Part shown: in pieces, positions 60,459-64,000 of the stretch | Layout of the letters: the number at the start of each line of letters is the position of its first letter | How positions within the stretch are numbered: position 1 is the first letter of the stretch | Assembly: GCA_964485795.1 (NCBI GenBank) | Contig: CAZAJQ010000001.1 | Location: 78,014-142,013 of the forward strand | Direction: 5' to 3' | From: an uncultured Gammaproteobacteria bacterium | Lineage (GTDB): Bacteria > Patescibacteriota > Patescibacteriia > VMEV01 > CAZAJQ01 | Length of the DNA: 64,000 nucleotides | Notes under the pieces: generated by a model | Told to the model about the DNA's origin: nothing | Databases searched by the model: none | What the model saw: only the letters and a program-made list of their open reading frames with translations | Made by a program: the position numbers and the translations under genes

Positions 60459-60476
60459 AGAAATATTAATTTTTGT

Positions 60477-61187
60477 TTAATCCAAATAAAGTCCTATTTC
60501 CGAGGCATATCGATCTTTATTCCAGCTTTCCGGAGATTTGAGCACGCGACTGCCGTTTTTGAGAAATACCTTGGTATGCTGATAAGCAATGCCAAATTCA
60601 CGCGCCACATTCTTTTCATCTTCATCGGTTTCATTGTCATTGAAATTCACTTGAAATCCGATGACCTGATCGGTGTCAAGCTCATTGAACGCCGGATACA
60701 ACGCCGTTGAAACTTCAGCCTTGCAAATGGGACACCAATTGGCGTAAAAATAAAGCACCACGATTTTCCCGGATTTGAGAGCCGCCTCATAGTCAACGCC
60801 ATTGAACTCCAGCAATAAGGTTCTTTTCCCGGCGATGACTTTGCCCGTGAAGAGTTGCTGCTCTTTTTTCGGTTCAACGATTTTTCCATCGGTATCCTTT
60901 GATTGCGTCGCTTCTCCGTCTGAGGGAGCGGGTAAGTTATCATCCTTTTTTTTCATCTCGGCGTTTGGATCGATCGGCTTCGCGTCGGTGCCGACGTTTT
61001 CCGTTTTTTCGATTGAAACAGCTTCGTTGCTCACCGATTTGTTTTTCTTTGCCTCATCACCAGACTTGTCAGCCACGCGACTTTGAAATCGGCTCAGACC
61101 ATAAGCTCCGGCCACAAAAACAACGGCTAGTATAATAAAAACAAGAAACATGGAACTCACGCCTTTTTGACGATATGAAAACATCAT
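60477..61187 (-). CDS. Membrane-anchored thioredoxin-fold protein
   Basis: N-terminal TM, charged linker, FYANWCPIC, YQHT. Confidence 0.88.
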   Translation of the reverse strand: MMFSYRQKGVSSMFLVFIILAVVFVAGAYGLSRFQSRVADKSGDEAKKNKSVSNEAVSIEKTENVGTDAKPIDPNAEMKKKDDNLPAPSDGEATQSKDTDGKIVEPKKEQQLFTGKVIAGKRTLLLEFNGVDYEAALKSGKIVVLYFYANWCPICKAEVSTALYPAFNELDTDQVIGFQVNFNDNETDEDEKNVAREFGIAYQHTKVFLKNGSRVLKSPESWNKDRYASEIGLYLD

Positions 61188-61196
61188 AATGTTGTA

Positions 61197-62045
61197 TTAT
61201 ATTTCAAAAATTTTTGACATCAATTCATTCACAAAATCAAAATCCCCATCCCCTTCCAACAAAACGTCAAAATTTCTTTCATATTCGGTTTTGTCTTCAT
61301 CATAATGCGTATTCAAAAAACCGATTTTGAGAATCGTATTATGCGATCTTCCTTTCAACATCGCAAGATCAGACACACTGTCTCCCAGAAGCAGCACATT
61401 TTTTCTGTCCTCAATGATTTTTTTTATTTCCGGAACATTTTCAATGACCGCTTCGTCTTTATTGAAGGAATGAATGATCTCGCCTCGCGTTCGAACGGCA
61501 ATGCCTGCTTGATCCCAGACGAATCGATTGGTTATGAAATAAATATTGGCGTATCTCTTTCCGATTTTTTCAAACATCATCGCGATCGCATCCCCGCAAC
61601 CGCTTGCGGAAATGATAATGAGCGGGATGTTTTTTTCATGAAGCCGATCGAGAAAATCCGAAACTCCTTCCCGAAATTTCAGCTTCCCATTTTTCACGAT
61701 ATCCAAGAGATCAACCTTGCGCAATCCCGAAGCAATCAAAAGCTCATTATGCTTTTGCCACCATTCTTTCATGGCGCTTTTTCGTTCTTCAAAGGGAATT
61801 GGCAGATTGGCTTCAAACGGATGGTATTTTTCAAAAAGTTCATGGGCCTTGCGAGCGTAATCCGGAGTCAAATGATTGCCGTCGCGCAGCATGGAAATAA
61901 TCGAAGGCGTTTTTACGCCATCAACCGCGCCATACGTAAGGGTCCGATCAAAATCCGTGAGAACATAAAAATGATCGAGGCCTGCCGACTTCATGGCCGA
62001 CTTTTTCCGTAAAAATTCGGATTTTCTGGGAATATGAACAAGCAC
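61197..62045 (-). CDS. HAD hydrolase, pyrimidine 5'-nucleotidase (UMPH-1/cN-III) family
   Basis: DFDRTLT, MKEWW, IHSFNK, LLGDSVSD, KIGFLN. Confidence 0.88.
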   Translation of the reverse strand: MLVHIPRKSEFLRKKSAMKSAGLDHFYVLTDFDRTLTYGAVDGVKTPSIISMLRDGNHLTPDYARKAHELFEKYHPFEANLPIPFEERKSAMKEWWQKHNELLIASGLRKVDLLDIVKNGKLKFREGVSDFLDRLHEKNIPLIIISASGCGDAIAMMFEKIGKRYANIYFITNRFVWDQAGIAVRTRGEIIHSFNKDEAVIENVPEIKKIIEDRKNVLLLGDSVSDLAMLKGRSHNTILKIGFLNTHYDEDKTEYERNFDVLLEGDGDFDFVNELMSKIFEI

Positions 62046-62055
62046 ATCTAATAAA

Positions 62056-62490
62056 TCATCTGATCGATGCCAAAATCATCCCCATCACCAATAAAAGCAC
62101 AAGCCAATATCCTGCGTTGATAAACCACAGCTTCCATGGTCTTGCTTCCCAAAAAACACTCCCAACGGTAACAGGGACGATAAATCCGAGCCAATTCCAA
62201 AAACCGGTCTGCAACCCTGCGGAAATTCCCGATATCCGAAGATAGGTGGAAGCAAAAACCAAAGAATATGTAAGCACCGAGGCCATGAAAAGAGCGCCGA
62301 CAAAACTTCCGAGGTATCCGGGCATGGCTTTTTTCTGCATCTCTTTCATGGCTTCGGGAGGATCGATCTTATACCCCATCATTTTGGACCATGGTTTACC
62401 AAACAGCGGCCCGTACCAAAGGGAACCGAGGATAATGCTGGTAATTCCGCAAAGTAAAATCGCCCAATAATTGATGATGACTTCTGGCAT
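62056..62490 (-). CDS. DUF1761 family membrane protein
   Basis: INYWAIL...LWYGPLFGKPW...INAGY. Confidence 0.85.
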   Translation of the reverse strand: MPEVIINYWAILLCGITSIILGSLWYGPLFGKPWSKMMGYKIDPPEAMKEMQKKAMPGYLGSFVGALFMASVLTYSLVFASTYLRISGISAGLQTGFWNWLGFIVPVTVGSVFWEARPWKLWFINAGYWLVLLLVMGMILASIR

Positions 62491-62578
62491 AGAGTAAGAT
62501 TAAGAATAAGTTCCTAGAGTGTTCACGAGGTCATGATAACAGATTTACTGAACCTGTGCGTGTTCGCTTGAGCAAATA

Positions 62579-62665
62579 CGGAGAGGGTGGGATTCGAACC
62601 CACGGAACCCTTGCGGGCTCTCCGGTTTTCAAGACCGGTGCTTTCAACCGCTCAGCCACCTCTCC
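62579..62665 (-). tRNA. tRNA-Ser(TGA), CCA not encoded
   Basis: GGAGAGG acceptor, CCGGT-CTTGAAA-ACCGG anticodon arm, long variable arm, GGTTCGAATCC. Confidence 0.96.
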
Positions 62666-62671
62666 ATTTCA

Positions 62672-62728
62672 TAGAGTCTAGAATCTAGAGCCTAGATTCT
62701 AGACTCAAAATTTCATACTCTAGACTCT
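62672..62728. repeat. Short heptamer array with CTAGA core
   Basis: TCTAGAA TCTAGAG CCTAGAT TCTAGAC just upstream of the tRNA. Confidence 0.65.
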
Positions 62729-62934
62729 CGCTCAAATTCTTTGAAATGCTCATTGTTCGCAAGTGACTCAACCGAAATCATGCCATTCAAATCAACAGCT
62801 GCATTGTAGACCATTCACCTTCGGCATTCAAGCGTAAATTCATTGTATCAGACAATCATCATTGACACTCTGGAGCGGCATGGGATAAAGTCAATTTGAG
62901 CTATTTTAGAGCTTTTTTTATTCGAAAAATATGT

Positions 62935-63029
62935 GGAGAGGTACCCAAGAGGCTGAAGGGGGGAGTTTGCTAAACTCCTAGGTCGGGGTTTTTCCCGGCG
63001 CGAGGGTTCGAATCCCTCCCTCTCCGCCA
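62935..63029 (+). tRNA. tRNA-Ser(GCT), CCA encoded
   Basis: GGAGT-TTGCTAA-ACTCC anticodon arm, long variable arm, GGTTCGAATCC, ends GCCA. Confidence 0.96.
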
Positions 63030-63213
63030 AGTTTTACATTCAGTATAAAGTTTGAGCCGAAATTTTTAAAAAATGCGCGGATTTACTGGGCTATCTCTGA
63101 GACAAGGAGGGAACACATTCAAAGGACGATTCGTGGACTCAAAGAAGAAATACGACGCCCTTGTTGTTGGAAAAGTAGGTTAAGCTGTATTTATTACCTA
63201 TCAAAAATAACCT

Positions 63214-63699
63214 ATGAACAAAAGTTCAACAATATTTCTTCAGGTCGTCGTTGTACTTATCGGCATAGTGGCACTGGCCATTATGATCCGGTTTCCTTTG
63301 ACAGAAGGAAGAGCTACAAACTTAGACCTGTTTAGTATTTACGCTGATCCATTCATAATCTATGGGTATCTATCGTCTATCACATTTTTTGCCGCCCTCT
63401 ATCAGGCGTTCAAATTGCTCGGATATGTCAGGCAAAATAAAGTATTCTCACGAAGCTCTGCAAGGGCTTTAAGGAATATAAAATATTGCGCAATCATACA
63501 GAGTGTCTTAATTGTGATAGCGGCAATATACATAAGGGTATCCTTTAATGGTAACTCGGATGACGATCCTGCAGGTTTTATTGCTGTGTCTATTGTGGCT
63601 ACCTTTATTTCTATCGCAGTCGCCGCTACAGCGGCTGTGTTTGAAAGAACCTTGCAAAGTGCCGTGGATATAAAATCCGAGAACGACTTAACAGTATAA
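63214..63699 (+). CDS. DUF2975 (YoaS-like) membrane protein
   Basis: ALYQAFKLL...FS....AL..IKYCA...AVDIKSENDLTV. Confidence 0.9.
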   Translation: MNKSSTIFLQVVVVLIGIVALAIMIRFPLTEGRATNLDLFSIYADPFIIYGYLSSITFFAALYQAFKLLGYVRQNKVFSRSSARALRNIKYCAIIQSVLIVIAAIYIRVSFNGNSDDDPAGFIAVSIVATFISIAVAATAAVFERTLQSAVDIKSENDLTV

Positions 63700-63709
63700 T
63701 CAAACCAAC

Positions 63710-63840
63710 ATGGCAATCATCATTAACATCGACGTCATGTTGGAAAAAGGAAAATGAGCGTCACCGAACTTGCCGAGAAAGTCGGTATCACAATGGCCAA
63801 TATTTCCATCTTGAAAAATGAAAAAGCACGGCAAATCCGC
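63710..63840 (+). pseudogene. YozG-like Cro/XRE HTH regulator, frameshifted and 3'-degenerate
   Basis: MAIIINIDVMLEKGK* then MSVTELAEKVGITMANISILKN in another frame; similarity lost after KARQIR. Confidence 0.8.
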
Positions 63841-64000
63841 GGCGGCAGAACATCCCGGCGTTCCGCGAGAATGGCGTGTGGAAAATCGGTGAGAGTTTTG
63901 CGTATAAACGAGCAAGCGCAAAGTAAAGACGAGGGTGATCCGTCCTGATTATTTTATTCTTTTCACGTTTATGTTTTCAATAACGTGAAATAAGGTGACA

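Noticed and set aside
62848-63030. 60-aa ORF MAEREGFEPS...
   Set aside because: Antisense translation of tRNA-Ser

Overview
Chromosomal window from a reduced-genome bacterium, most likely Patescibacteria/CPR. That assignment is inferred from a type IV pilus operon with no secretin, TrbC/VirB2-like pilin-domain genes, many orphan secreted proteins and starts mostly without Shine-Dalgarno motifs. In order, it holds: pheT/pheS/trpS; a low-GC cassette of GAF protein, class I isoprenoid-synthase-fold enzyme, possible 54-aa peptide and GAF-GAF histidine kinase; a block of orphan exported proteins (CARDB protein, two beta-barrel-like proteins, M23 peptidase with a GGC-TM tail, lipoprotein); an archaeal-type mevalonate cluster; gatA/gatC/ligA; a T4P operon with an embedded RimK-like ligase; lemA-htpX-clpC-like-propeller-three VirB2-like pilin genes-radA; recG and small genes; two tRNA-Ser; and a decayed DUF2975/HTH pair. 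In the mevalonate cluster mvk is inverted with 0 bp between its start and the fni start, and the decarboxylase has an in-frame TAA. The best candidate for an undescribed system is the synthase-plus-GAF-receptor cassette at 3709-7908, a possible isoprenoid signalling circuit. All calls come from reading motifs by eye; no searches were run.
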